A stretch of DNA of 64,000 nt, from contig OY740800.1 of assembly GCA_963514005.1 (NCBI GenBank), positions 17,484,001 to 17,548,000 of the forward strand, in the 5' to 3' direction. The translations under genes and the position numbers were made by a program. Below are positions 1 through 12,885 of the stretch, one piece after another. The notes under the pieces are model-generated. The model was not told the DNA's origin. It saw nothing but the letters and a program-made list of their open reading frames with translations, and did no database searches. The DNA comes from Raja brachyura (lineage: Eukaryota). Positions within the stretch are counted from its first letter, which is position 1. Each line of letters begins with the position of its first letter.

Positions 1-2439
1 TTATGAGCTGTGAAGTCGAATTGCTATTTAATGGGACATTGCAATTTAGACTACGCATTGCGAGGCAAATATAAAAACTGCAGGTGCTCTGGATTTTACA
101 AAAACGCAAGGAGGCCTCAAGGGAATTGTATCCAAATTTGTGCACAGTTCAAAGGCAAATCTCATACATTATAAATATAAGCAAGAGCAGCTGTTTTAAA
201 TTAAAAATCAATGTTGAAACACAAGGTTTTGCATGATTACTGGCCCATAGTTTTCTTTCTGACCAATTTCAGTGAATGTGTGTGGCTTGCTAATTAGAAC
301 CAAACAATACCGTGATGTAAGAATGTCTGCTGCTTGTTACTGCAAAATTGTGGCTCAGCAGCACTTTGTCACAGTTACTAAGCATATACGCTCCATATTT
401 CAACCTAACCTACCATATATAGTGACATCTCTGTACAGTATGTCTGAAACCCACAGGGGCACGTGAACATTTCATCTTAAGTCTTGCTAAATGTTATATG
501 CTATACCCGTAGAAGGGATATTTGTAGATAATACAAATAGCAGTGTTATCGTTGAAAGGCATATAAGCTAAATGATTAATTTAATTAAGATCAAGTAATT
601 ACATCAGAATAACTGTGAATGTTACAATTATTATCGAATTTTTAATTTTGTGGAAATGTTGCAATTCCACTATGTGGTCAATAACTTGGCCTATTAGAGA
701 AACAACTGGTTTTCAGTAAGATGAATGTTAAGTAGAGCGCCAATGTGCAAGTAATCCGCTTCATCACATTACTGCATCGATGACGAATTGGTAGATAATC
801 CCCAAATTGCTCAAAAGACATAATGAACTTTAAAAAAACTGAGGAGTGTTTTTTGTTCTGGAGATGTTCAGACTGAATTCATTCATAAACTAAAGCCTAC
901 AGACAAACGGGGAGGTGGTAACTTTGGGAAGGTGAGGCAGGGTTTGGGTGTACATTTAGGAATCTAAATCTAACATCTCCTTTGACTTCTATTATAGATC
1001 GATCTTCACTCCAAATGGACTTCCATGGAATGTAAATTCACGCTGATGCTGAACTACTGGTTAAACAGCATTTCCTTGCCTCACTCCAGGCATGAATTAT
1101 TGTTGAAACAAGGAATTGCAGATGATGGTCTGCAAAAGAAAGCACAAAGTGATGCACTTGCTCAGCGGATCAGGCAGCATCTCTAGAGAAAAAGGATAGG
1201 TGATGCTTTGCACTAACATTATTGTCAAATAAGAAATCGGTCACTTGATTTTTAATTTGAAGAATATAAAAGGTTTTGAAATATATCTGCCCAACTCTAT
1301 ATTGCATTTCAGGCTTTAATGGAATAATGGAATAAGGACTCAAGTCCTCTTTGCACAAGAAAAGTTTTAAAACCGGGTAAAGATATAAATAGCAGGGGAT
1401 TTTTGCTACAGTTGAAATTATTGATGAATGTTGAAGAGTAGGGATGATTCCCTATTAACTGGGAATTGCATTGGTAGAGTCACTTGCATCAGATCCCAGA
1501 AAAGTTTGTTATCTCATGTTTTCTCTTCTCTTGCCGTCTGATTTGCAAAGTGTTTCCTGCACTTTTTGTTTTTATTTTAGTTTCATTTCCAGGGTGTTAG
1601 AAAAAATCCTCCTTTGGTTTGATGATTTTCAGAGATAAATGCATTGCTGTTATTAGATCTTGTGTTACGTTCAAGCTTCTGTGAACTGGAACCATCAGGA
1701 GAATCATCATATACCCCACACCTCTACTTTGTGCAAAATATTCTATCGCTGCATGGATTTATGACTTTAAAATAGATATCAAAGCTCAGAATTTAATATG
1801 TGCAGATACTAATATACGTATGATTGCACAGTATCGCATCTAACTTTCTGTGCTCATGGTTCTTGAAATCACGTTGGAAAGAAATGATGCATGTTAGCAT
1901 GGAAAATTGTTCAGGTGGCAGAACAGTGGGTGGCCCCTTGCTCTGAAAGTACAGAACAACTCATCCTTTAGCTCTAGCTGTCAAGAGAAGAATCAATCAT
2001 AACAAACAAGCAAGTATTCATTTAAAAAGATACTGATGTACCATATGGGCAGCAGACTAATAGATTATCTACAGTTGAATCTGTCCAATAGTTGTTTTAT
2101 CTTAATTCCTACACCCTTTTTCAATTATTTCCTGAAACATCATCAGGATGTTTAAGACAAATTATTTTTTTTTGATTTTTTTCCAGAGTGCTTCTATGAA
2201 ATGCCTTGGACAAAAAGTTCCATGTAATCATTGGAAACAACCACCCTGTGCCAACATTTTTGCATAACCTCCACTTGACAGCTATGCTCTACTCCTGATC
2301 ACCTGCAGATCTGAACACTGAACAAAGTGGTCCCCCAATTAAACTGTTTTTTTCCACCTCAGCAGTTCCTGCCAATAGTTAGAAAAGAGCAAATCACCAG
2401 TATTGTCAACAAATAATGGCTGGGCTATAACAAAAGAGA

Positions 2440-2665
2440 GTTCTTAAGATGCAAGGGATTTACAGTGACTTGGTTGTATGGATTCAGAACTGGTTAACTA
2501 ATAGAAGACAGAGGGTTGTGGTGGAAGGGAAATGTTCAGGCTGGATGTGTGTGACCAGTGGACATCCGCAGGGATCGGGATTGGTGCTGGGATCTCTGTT
2601 CTTTGTGATATATATAAATGATGTGGACAGAAATGTAGATGGGTTGATTAGTAAGTTTGCAGTTG
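2440..2665 (+). mobile_element. CR1 LINE ORF2 (RT) fragment
   Basis: Encodes WIQNWLTNRRQRVVVEG..VTSG.PQGS..LG.L.F.IYIND.D...LISKFA, a typical CR1 RT segment. Confidence 0.85.
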
Positions 2666-2669
2666 CTAG

Positions 2670-3376
2670 AAATAGGGGGAAACTGTTTTCAGTCACTTAC
2701 CTCGACGGAGATGCAACTTTTCTCCATTTCGCATCTTCTTCCCCCTCGTGGCCTCACAACTGGTTCGGTGCGGCCTCTCCAGACCGGAGTCCGGCCCAGA
2801 GCTTCAGCAGCAGATGCGGTGGACTTACCATTGCGGAGCCTGGAATCCTTTGCCGAGGGACGCCAGTGTTGGAGCTCCGACCACGGGGGCCTGCTTACTG
2901 CAGCGGTCTTCGGAGCTTCTAGCCGCAGGCGTGGCGTGGACTTAACATCGCGGAGCCTGGGATCCCTTGACAGGGATCGCCGGAAGAAGTGCTCCAACCG
3001 CTGGCCCGTGGTCTTCAACATTTTGAAGCCGCGGTCTCCGGTAAGAAGCGGCCGATTCTGGAACTCCAAGCATGGAGTCTGTTCTAATCCATCCCGACGT
3101 CGGAGTTTCGATCATCCCGACGAGCGGGCTTGTACAATGGGCCATCCGTAGCGGTGAATGTGGAGGGTTCAAGGCCACGACCATGGGTGAACAAATGGAG
3201 GAAGATTGACTGAACTTTATTGCCCTCCATCACAGTGAGGAATGCAAATTCCACTGTGATGGATGTTTATGTTAAACAATGTGTATTGTGTTCTTTTTAC
3301 TTGTATGGCTGTATGGTAACTCAAATATCACTGTACCTTAATCGGTGCATGTGACAATAAATGTGAACTTGAACGA
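2670..3376 (+). mobile_element. GC/CpG-rich non-autonomous retroposon-like insert with a LINE-type 3' tail
   Basis: Abrupt GC-rich block interrupting a CR1 fragment. It has an internal repeat CAT(T/C)GCGGAGCCTGG(A/G)ATCC (about 2829 and 2946) and ends in GTGACAATAAA plus a short repeat, the same tail as the Rex1/L2-type fragments in this window. Confidence 0.5.
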
Positions 3377-3454
3377 ACTCCATTACAGGAAGGATGTGGA
3401 AGCTTTGGGAAGGGTGCAAATGCCTCGATTAGGGGATATAAGCTACAGGGAGAG

Positions 3455-4005
3455 CATATTGTTGCAATCACAAAGAAAGCTCATCAATGTTTCCACTTCC
3501 TTAGATGATTGAGAAGAGTTGGTATGTCATGAATACACTGATGGACTTGTACATGTAGAGAGCACACTGAATGGTTGAATCAAGGCCTGGTTTGGCAGCA
3601 AGGCTGTGATGGAACCCAAGAACGAAGGAGATCACAGAGATCATAGACAACTGCCCGATCAACACAGCCACTGACCGCCGCACCATCAAAGTGAACTATT
3701 GGCAATGGTGCCTCAAAAAGGCAGACAATATCATCAATGCCCCACGACTCCCTGACCATGCTCTCATTTTGTTACGCCCATCGGAAAGGTACAGGAGCCT
3801 GAAAACCATGACCACAAATTCAAGTATAACTTCTTCCCAGCAATCATTATGCTCTTGAACACCACAGAACACAAATCTCAGCAACTATGACATTTTATGG
3901 ACAGTGTCTTTGATTGCACTATGGACTTCACCTTTTGCACTATTATGACTACCTTGCATAATGCTAGTTAATTTATTAAATTGTTCATTATTATATACAT
4001 ATTAT
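3455..4005 (+). mobile_element. Degenerate Rex1/Babar-like LINE 3' fragment
   Basis: Similar to 50700-51380 and 52100-52700 (AAGAAAGCTCATCA..., AGAGAGCA.ACTGA.TGGTTG.ATCA.GGCCTGGTT, GTACAGGAGCCTGAAAACC). Confidence 0.6.
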
Positions 4006-4398
4006 CTAGTTGATGCCTGGATTAGATACAAGTAAAGGTTGGATAGACTCAGATTATTTTCTCTGGAATGTCGGAGGTTGATTGAAATATATAAAATTAC
4101 TAGACTAAGTGGGACCCATTGGGTCCCATGTTCACACGGGAGGGTTGGCCCACTGACGCAATATTCCACCTCACACCAATTCTAATATTGGTGGCCAGTG
4201 GGGAGTGGGGGGCTTTCTGGAGCGCTGGTATGGGTGTTGGTGGCTGCAGGGACTACTGGTCTCCAGAGGGCTAGTATGGACATTGTGGGCCAAATGGATT
4301 CTTGGGGTGGCAGCTCAGTCCCTCAAGCCTGATGTGCTGGCAGCTCACTCACGGCTGGTGGGCTGGCAGCTGACCCACAGCTATTCCTTGAAATTCAA

Positions 4399-4842
4399 TT
4401 TCAAGCAGAGTGCAAGGCCACCAAATTTAAATCCATTTTCCTACCATTTCAAGCAGGGTGCAAGGCCACCAAATTCAAGTGCAGTTTCTTACCTGTTCGA
4501 GCAGGGTGCAAGGCCACAGAATTCGTGAAGTTTTATACCATTTCAAGCAGGGTGCAAGGCCACCAAATTCAGGTACAGTTTCCTACCAATTCAAGCAGGG
4601 TGCAAGATCACCGAATTCAAGTGCAGTTTCCAACCACTTCAAGCAGGGTGCAAGGCCACCAAATTCAAGTGCAGTTTTATACCATTTCAAGAAGGGTGCA
4701 AGGCTACCAAATTCAAATGCAGTTTCGTACCATTTCATGCAGGGTGCAACGACACCACATTCAAATGCAGTTTCATGCCATTTCATGCAGGGTGCAAGGC
4801 CACCACATTCAAATACAGTTTCATACTATTTCAAGCAGGGTG
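4399..4842. repeat. 48-bp minisatellite, about 9.3 copies, inside the Helitron
   Basis: Unit TTTCAAGCAGGGTGCAAGGCCACCAAATTCAAGTGCAGTTTCCTACCA starts at 4399, 4447, 4495, 4541, 4589, 4637, 4685, 4733, 4781 and 4829. Confidence 0.95.
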
Positions 4843-5223
4843 AAACGACCATAAAAACCACCATAAAACTACACACTCACAGTTCATTGGACATTCAGTG
4901 TGTTCAGTTGATTCACAGCTCAGACAGAGTCGTGACTTCTCCCTCCCCCATCATGCAGAGACTGAGCCACACCCATACTTCCGGGTTTTATAATCCCTCC
5001 CCCTCTCACAGGAAACGGTGTGGCCTTCATGACGTGATTGACAGGAGAGAGATTCTCAACATTTTTTAAACACTAATAACACTTTTTTTTTCATTGATGG
5101 GAAGAATCCTCTGTATCTGATGAGCGGAGGGGGACTGAGTAAGATGGCCAAAAATCACAACCGTAAGTGGTAACGTTTTATCTAAAATCAATATAGTGCA
5201 AACAGGAAGTTGTCAAGTTTAGA

Positions 5224-5362
5224 CAAACAACCATTTGCAGGCAGTGCCTTTTCACTTGAACCCAAACCCCCCAAACAACCATTTGCAGGCAGTGCCATTT
5301 CACTTCAACCCAAACCACCCAAATAACCATTTGCAGGCAGTGACTTTTTACTTCAAACCAAC
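5224..5362. repeat. Second 48-bp-period tandem repeat, about 3 copies, inside the Helitron
   Basis: CCATTTGCAGGCAGTG occurs at 5231, 5279 and 5327. Confidence 0.9.
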
Positions 5363-5712
5363 CATATTTTCATTTTCAAACCACATTAAGGGCCCTCACA
5401 GTTGAGTGGACATGTGTTCAGTGTTATTCAGAGTTCAGAGAGATGTGACCCTCTGGCTTCCTCCATCTTGCAGAGACTGAGTGTGGCACACCACTTCCGG
5501 GTTTTATAGTCCCTCCCCCCTCCCACCAGCAGGGGCAGCAGAGAGAATGGCAAATTTTCATAGATGGGAAAAATCCTCTGGTCCAGTCCGCCGGAGGGGG
5601 GCTCTGTGTGAGGTGGCCAAAAATGACGGCCGTAAGTGGCGGCGTTCTCTCGGAAATCAAATCGCAGTGCGTCAAAAGAGGTCAAGATCTTACTTTTAGT
5701 AATATAGATAGA

Positions 5713-6062
5713 TGAGAGTTAAGACGCGGGTAGACATTCAGAACCTGTTTCTCAGGATGGAAATGTCAAATATTAGAGGGCATGACTTTAAAGTGTGAGA
5801 GACAAAGTTTAAAGGAGATGTGCGTGGCAAGTTTTTTACATAGTGGGTGGGTGGTGCCTGGAATGCGCTGCCCAAGATGGTGGTGGAAGAAGATATGATA
5901 ATGATATTTACGAGGCTATTGAATGGGCACATGGATATGCAAGGAATGGAGGGATATTGGTTATGAACAGGCAGATAAGTGTTTGCTTTGGCATCAAGTT
6001 CAGTACAGACATTGTGTGCCGAAGAACCTGTTCCTTTGCTGTACAATATTATGTTCTATCTT
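5713..6062 (+). mobile_element. CR1 LINE 3' end (continuation of 4010-4099)
   Basis: Contains the CR1 ORF2 C-terminal motif (..TRGH..K.....F......FFT..V...WNALP) and a 3' tail GCCGAAGAACCTGTTCC..TATGTTCTAT. Confidence 0.75.
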
Positions 6063-6067
6063 CTGTG

Positions 6068-6235
6068 TTAGAAACATAGAAACATAGAAAATAGGTGCAG
6101 AAGTAGGCCATTCGGCCCTTCGAGCCAGCACCGCCATTCAATATGATCATGGCTGATCATCCAAAATCAGTACCCCATTCCTGCTTTCTCCCCATTACCC
6201 TTGATTCCGTTAGCCCTCAGAGCTATACTTAACTC
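6068..6235 (-). mobile_element. Young CR1 3' tail fragment
   Basis: (TAGAAACA)n followed by ATAGGTGCAGAAGTAGGCCATTCGGCCC, the reverse complement of the 29190-29292 tail. Confidence 0.85.
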
Positions 6236-7119
6236 TGTTCTATGCATTGTTTTTACAGGACTGCTGCAAGTAAAAAAAATCATTGTTCTGTTGTCGCTAC
6301 ATGTGATAATTCAATACTCTTGACACTTGACTTGACTGCTTTGACTCATTCAAAATCCCAGTTATAGTAAGTGGACCTGAGGATTGTCGGTTTAGTTAAG
6401 ACGATTCAATGGTCCCTTCTCATGTCCTTCCCTGGTGTATCTGGAATGTGAAATCGGTTTCCATTGAAATAGATTTGGTGACAGAAAGAAAATAATCTTG
6501 TGAAGAAGCTGCATTAACTTGCGGGGAGAAAAGACCATTAAATATATGGTCACATATCTTGTCCAACCATAAACTTCAACCAGCAGCAGAAATAAGTCAT
6601 TTCATTTATCCGTTCTCCAGATCATTCACAAATCCAATGAGTTTACAACTTAAAAAATGCAAATAAGATTGTTTAGATGCTTCTCTATTCCCTCCAGATT
6701 AAATGTATTTTTTTTCATCTGTTTTTTTATTCAGTGATATGTTGTCAAACAAAACTCCTGCCTGCCAATATTTTGAGCTGGTTTATTAAGTGTAGTTGTA
6801 TCAAGTTGAGGTTCATTTCAAGAGCAGCATCTTTTGTACCCATTCAGCATTTTCTTACCAAGTCTATGAAGAGAAATTCTCCATCGAGCTGCAGAGTCTC
6901 CGCTGTTATTGAATGTAATTAACCCAACTCAAAAAGTTCTGAACTCTCAAACCAAAGTAGTATGCTGTATGGGTTAGTGATGCTGACTGAATATGTATGC
7001 CTTTTAAACTTATTAATAATAAGGTATGCTCTTGCCATTTCAGAAGCAACGTTAGATAAATTGGGTAGGCTGATGTTTGAAATTCCTTTCGCTTTTCCAA
7101 ACAGCTTGCCCTTGCTATA

Positions 7120-9090
7120 ATAGACCCAAGAAGCTGGAGTTACTCAGCGGGTTAGAGAGCATCTCTGAAGAAAAGGAATGGGTGATGTTTCAGGTCGAGA
7201 CCCTCCTTCAGACTGAGAGTCAGGGGAGAGGGAGATACAGAGATAAGGAAGTGTAAGGTGAGAACAAGACATCAAAGGGGTTGGAGATCAAAGAAATGTA
7301 GAATAGATCATTGTTGGCTAAGAGAAGCTAACAATAAAGTAAACAGAGATAAAATGTAATCCGAAGTTACTGGTCGGAAAAAGGGAATGAATGGAGAGAG
7401 AGGGAAACCAAGGGTTACTTGAAGTTAGAGGTCAATATTCATACTGCTGGGTTGTAAGCGAAATATGAGGTGCTGTTCCTCCAATTTGTGCTGGGTCTCA
7501 CTCTGACAATGGAGGAGGCCCAGGACAGAAAGGTCAGTGTGAGAATGGGAGGGGGAGTTAACATGTTTAGTAACCCTGTTTTCTGCACCCTTTCTAATTT
7601 AACAACATCTTTCCTACAAAAGGGTGACCAAAACTGAACACAATACTTTAAATGTGGCCTCACTAATGTCTTGTACAACTGTTATAAGACTTCTATACAC
7701 AATAATCTGACTGAAGGCCAATGTGGCAAAAACCTTCTTGACCACACTATATACATGTAAAGGTAGACAAAAAGGTAGACTGGGAGATCAGGTTGGTTAT
7801 TGTGAACCGAGCGGAGGTGTTCGGCGAAGCGATCGCCAAGCTTGGTCCCACCGATGTAAAGCAGCTGACATCTAGAGCAGCAGATGCAATAGATGAGGTT
7901 GGAGGAGGTGCAGGTGAACCTCTGCCGCACCTGGAAAGACTGCTTGGGTCCTTGAATGGAGTCAAGGGGGGAGGTAAATGCGACAAGTGTACCATTTCTT
8001 GCTGTTGCAAGGAAAAGTGCCCGGAGATGGGGTGGTTCGGGTGGGAAGGGACGAATTGACCAGGGAGTTACGGAGGGAGTGGTCTCTGCAGAAAGCAGAA
8101 AGGGGAGGAGATGGGAATATTTGGCAAGTTGGGGTCAAGTTGGAGGTGGCGAAAATGTCGGAGGATTATTTGTTGTATGTGACGTCTGGTAGGGTGGGAG
8201 GTGAGGACAGGGGGGACTCTGCACTTGTTACGAGTGGGGGGATGGGGAGTGACAGCAGAGTCACGGGGTATAGAAGAGACCCTGGTGAGAGCCTCATCTA
8301 TGGTAGAAGAGGGGAACCGCCGTTCCCTGAAGAATTAGGACATTTACGATGCCCTGGTGTGGAACACCTCATCCTGGGTGCAGATGCGGCGTAGACGGAG
8401 GAATTGGGAGTAGGGGATGGAGTCCTTACATGAAGCAGGGTGGGAAGAAGTGTAGTCCAGATAGCCATGGGAGTCAGTAGGTGTATAGTGGATGTCGGTC
8501 AGTAGTCTATCACCTGCGATGGAGATAGTGAGGTCAAGAAATGGTAGGGAAATGTCGGAAATGGTCAGGTATATTTGAGGGCTGGATGGAAATTAGTGGT
8601 GAAATGGATGAAGTCAGTGAGTTGTGTGTGGGTGCAGGAGGTAGCACCAATGCAGTCATCGATGTAGCGGAAGTAGAGCTCGTGGATAGGGCCACGGTAC
8701 GTACCCAACAAAGAGGCAGGCATAGCTAGGGCCCATGCACATGCCCATAGCTACGCCTTGTATTTGGAGGAACTGGGAGGAGTCAAACAAAAAGGGTAAG
8801 GACCAGCTCCGCTAGGCGATGGAGAGTATCAGTAGACGGGGAGTATCAGTAGACGGGGATTAGTTGGTTCTCCGGTCGAGGAAGAAATGGAGGGCTTTGA
8901 GACCCTCCTGGTGAGGGATGGAGGTGTAGAGTGACTGGACGTCCATGGTGAAGATGAGCGAATGGGGACCTGGAAAACGGAAGTCCTGGAGTTGACGAAG
9001 AGTGTGCGAGGTGTCTTGAACATAGGTATGGAGGGATTTAACCAGGGGGGATGGAATGGAGTCGAGGTAAGTGGAAATATGTTCGGTAGG
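7120..9090 (-). mobile_element. Penelope-like retroelement, 5'-truncated and decayed (RT + GIY-YIG + pLTR)
   Basis: Minus-strand frames give FTMDVQSLYTSIPHQEGL (about 8900-8955), AMGM.MGPSYA (about 8720-8755), FRYIDDC (about 8650-8672) and the GIY-YIG motif FTCTSSNLIYCI.C.RC.LLYIG.T..RFAEH (ORF 7682-7930). Its 3' repeat lies at 7120-7560. A CR1 piece interrupts it at about 7575-7775. Confidence 0.85.
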
Positions 9091-9119
9091 ATGTCAAAGT
9101 ATGTGGAAATAAGTTCTAC

Positions 9120-10410
9120 TTGTGATGCCACTTTCAAGGAACTATGTACCTGGACTCTAAGATCCCTCTACTCCATAACATCCCCAAGAGACCTACCATA
9201 TACTGTGGAGGCCCAGCCTTGCTATGACTTCCCGAACTGCAACACCTCATACTTACTCTACTGTATTGGTTATTCCATTAACCATTCCGCAGCCCACCTG
9301 CCCAACCGATCAAGATGCTGCTGCAATTTTTGGCAACCATCTTTCCTAACTACAATACCACTTTAGTTTCATCCGCAAGCTTACTAATCATGCCTTATAT
9401 GCTCTCATCCAAATCATTGATACCAATGACAAACAACATCCAGGATCCAGCACTGAACCCTGAGGGACATGACAATAGGTGCAGGAGTAGGTCATTTGGC
9501 CCCTCGAGCCAGCACCACCATTCAATGTGATCATGGCTGATCATCCCCAATCAACATCACTCGTCACAGGACACCAGTTCGAAAAACAACCTTCCACCAT
9601 CACCCTCTGCGTATTTCCATGAAGCCAATTTTCTATCCATTGACCTATCTCTCCTTGGATCCCATGTGATCTAACCTTCCAGAGCAACCTACCATGTGGA
9701 TCCTTGTCAAAAGCCATGCAGAAATCCATATGTATAATGTCTGCAGCTCTGCCCTCATTAACCCTCTTTGGTCTCATCTTCAAAAAACTCAATAGGATTT
9801 GTGAGACATGATCTCCCACGTACAAAACAATGCTGACTATCCCTAATCAACCCCTGTCCATCTAAATGCATACTGTATATTTCTTATACTTCAGAATATT
9901 CACTAGTAACTTTCTGGTAACAGATGTTATACTCAATGGGCTGTATTTCCTAGGCTTTACCTTGGAACCCTTCTTAAATAGAGGCACAACATTTGCCACC
10001 TTCCAGTCTTCTGGCACATCACCCAAATTTAATGATGGATCATAAATCTCAGCCAGAGCAACTGCAATTTCCTCTCTAGCCTCCCACTAAGTCCTCGGAT
10101 ATTTCTGGTGATGCCCAGGAGATTTGTCTACCTTCATACGCGTTAGGACCTTCAGCACTTCCTCAAACGTAATACCGTCTGCCCCGAGCAATTTGCATTG
10201 ACTGCCCCAAGTTCCCCCGTACTCACGTCTTTCTCCATGCTAAAACAAAGGAGAAATATTCATTAAGGACCTTGCCCATCTCCCGTGGCTCCACGCAGAG
10301 GTGACTGCTTTAATTTCTGAAGCGTTCCAATCTCTCTCTGGATACTCTTTTTCCCTTTAATGTATTTATGAAATGTCTTGGGATTATCTTCAATATTATA
10401 TGCCAGAGCT
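9120..10410 (-). mobile_element. Degenerate CR1 LINE ORF2 fragment
   Basis: ORF 9541-9825 gives D...MDF..AFDK.PHGRLLWKVRSHGIQG....WIENWL....QRV.VEGCFS.W.PVTS. A nested CR1 tail lies at about 9475-9550. Confidence 0.8.
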
Positions 10411-10431
10411 ATCTCCGGTCCTCTTTTTATA

Positions 10432-10710
10432 GTCATAGTCATAGAGCCATAGAGCCATACAGCGTGGAAATAGGGGCTTCAGCCTATGCCGACCAACTGT
10501 CCCATCTACACAAATACCACCTGCCAGTGCTTGGCCCATATCCCTCTAAACCTATCATATTCATAAATCTGTCTAAATATTTCTTAAATGTTGCAATAGT
10601 ACTGACCTCCTCTGGCAGCTCCCTTTGTGTAAAAAGGTTACCCCCTCAGGTTCCTTTTAAATCTTCCCCCCCTCACCTTAAATCTCAATTTCCCTTCTCT
10701 GGGTAAAAGA
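10432..10710 (-). mobile_element. CR1 3' end fragment
   Basis: CATAGAG..ATACAGCGTGGAAA..GGCCCATATCCCTCTAAACC; similar copies lie at 12325-12645, 35095-35380, 44160-44410 and 44765-45085. Confidence 0.7.
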
Positions 10711-12719
10711 GCCGATTTGAGACATGGTGAACAAAACTGAGCACAATATACCTCCAGAAACACACTTGATCCCAGTGGCCTTCGCATTGACTCCTTCATA
10801 GAGCCACAATTTCACTTGTCATCCAAGCTTCCTCATGCCCATCTGCTTTGCCCTTCACTCTAACGGGACTCTTGTCAGCACATTTTTAAAAACATCCCAC
10901 TTTTAGAACTTTCCCTTTCCTTCAAACAACTTGCTCCAATGAACCTGAGTGAGTTCCTGTTTAATGACATCAACGTCGGCCTTGCCACAATTTAGAATTT
11001 TAATTTGTATGACCGCCATGTCTATGCACTATCAGATTGAGAAACTGCCACTTTCCATAATGCTACATGAGACCATTTCTCACAGTATTATAGACTTATT
11101 TCTAATTGTATTTTTGTACTAATATCTTTTCATTGCCATGTATAATTTGTGTATGATTTTATGTTCTGCGGGTTATTTGAATCTACGTGCATGTAATGCT
11201 ACTGCACACAAGCTTTTTATTGTCCCTGTACCTCAAGGTATTTGTGCATCAAACAATAAACTCGACTTCACCCCGCAGAGCCTCCATTTAACCATGAAGA
11301 CAATTCATGCAATTACAATCCAGTTCAAGTACAAGTCAAGTTGTTAGAAAAAATGTTCTGCTATGGACAGATCTGTTTCATCACTTGAGATAAGCAAAAA
11401 GGTACAATTCCAGAGTCGATCAACGATGCCCTGGAGATTTGTCAACTGCTGCTGAGACTAAAATTTACTCTTTGGATAATAGGGAAACAAAATTTACTGA
11501 GCTTTTGCTTTCTGGCATGTCAGGAAAAGTAATCTTAAAATTGGTTATGAAAGTGTATTGATAAATCTGTAGGTTTGTTGTTGGTTAATAGTGCCTGAAT
11601 ATAGCTCCAACCAGAACATCTGAATCAATTGTTCAGTAATATCCTATTTTTAAGAAGCATCATGTGCTAATAAAGCTAGATTGCGATTACCATCTTTACA
11701 AATTACGCAAGGATCAAAAAGGTAGTTCAAAGGATATTTACAATGGAACCCAGATGGATTACAAAGGGTCTCTTTGCAAAAGGACATATTATAAATATTT
11801 AGAACCGCAATATACTTTTTCATTTTAAGTTTTCCGTTAAGGAAAAGAATGTTCATTGATCTGCAGATAATTTCACACTGGGGACTTTTCATTTAATTAT
11901 ATGCTGCAGTTTCTCACATTTTGTGCAAAGTTTCAAATGCACTTTATTAAAAGGTGTCTCTGAGGAACTGCAAATATTGCTTGTAGTTCAGAAATGTCAT
12001 TAGAATACCATGTTGAACATGGATCAAAGCGTAGGCATCATATTGGATCCCAGTTTCAAATCTGATTTTGATAAATGAGAACAGTGATTGAAGCATTGGA
12101 TTCAAGTTACGTGTGAAGAAAGTGGATGTTATGAAGTTATGAAACACATGCTTCCATCAGTAATGTCATTGTAGTGTGATTTTACAACAGTTAATAATGT
12201 TAAAGCAAGGTATGATATATCAATTTCAAAAACCATGCAATAAATATTTGCTGATTCCAAAGCTGTGGTTTGGTTGAGTTATGGTCTGGCAGAAGTTAGT
12301 TAAGTTGCAGATTTCAAACAAGTTATGGAGTCATAGTGATGCAGCATGGAAACAGGCCCTTTGTCCCAACTTGCCCATGCCGACCAACATGTGCTATCTA
12401 CACTAGTCCCATCTGCCTGTTTTGGGGCCATATCCCTCTAAACCTAGCCTATCCATTTACCTGACTAAATGTTCCTTAAATGTTGCGACAGTCCATGCCT
12501 CAACTATCTCCTCTGACAGCTCGTTCAATACACCCACCACCCTTTGTGTAAAAGAATACCCCTTAGGTTGCTATTAAATCTCTCCACCCTCACCTTACAT
12601 CTATGTCCTCTGGTTCTCGATTTTAATCCTATGTCCTCTGGTTCTAGTAGGAAGCTCTCTATCTAAATACTTACAAGTTTGCGAAAGATTTAGTGGCCAA
12701 TTCCATTTTGAAGGTGTGA

Positions 12720-12885
12720 TGTGTAGGAAGGAACTACAGATGCTGGTTTTAAACCACAGATAGACACAAAATGCTGGAGTAACTCAGCGGGACATTCGCC
12801 ATCTCTGGAGAGAAGGAATGGGTGGAGTTTCGGGTCGAGACCCTTCTTCAAACCCATCTGAGTTACTCCAGCATTTTGTGTCTAT
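12720..12885. mobile_element. Penelope pLTR-derived repeat, partly inverted pair
   Basis: TAGACACAAAATGCTGGAGTAACTCAG...GGGTCGAGACCCTTCTTCA followed by the inverted arm CTGAGTTACTCCAGCATTTTGTGTCTA. Confidence 0.75.

Larger units (their letters stand above)
4100..5712 (-). mobile_element. Non-autonomous Helitron, 1613 bp
   Basis: On the minus strand it has a 5' TC (TCTATCTATATTACTAAAAG) and a 3' CTAG preceded by the hairpin TGGGACCCA-A-TGGGTCCCA (4110-4128). It sits between A4099 and T5713 with no TSD. Removing it restores CR1 sequence ATAAAATTA|TGAGAG. Confidence 0.88.

Noticed and set aside
4399-4842. CRISPR-like array, or a repetitive protein (ORFs 4458-5069 and 4525-4854)
   Set aside because: The units are contiguous with no unique spacers and no cas genes, in a vertebrate context. 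The ORFs are a by-product of a stop-free 48-bp unit.
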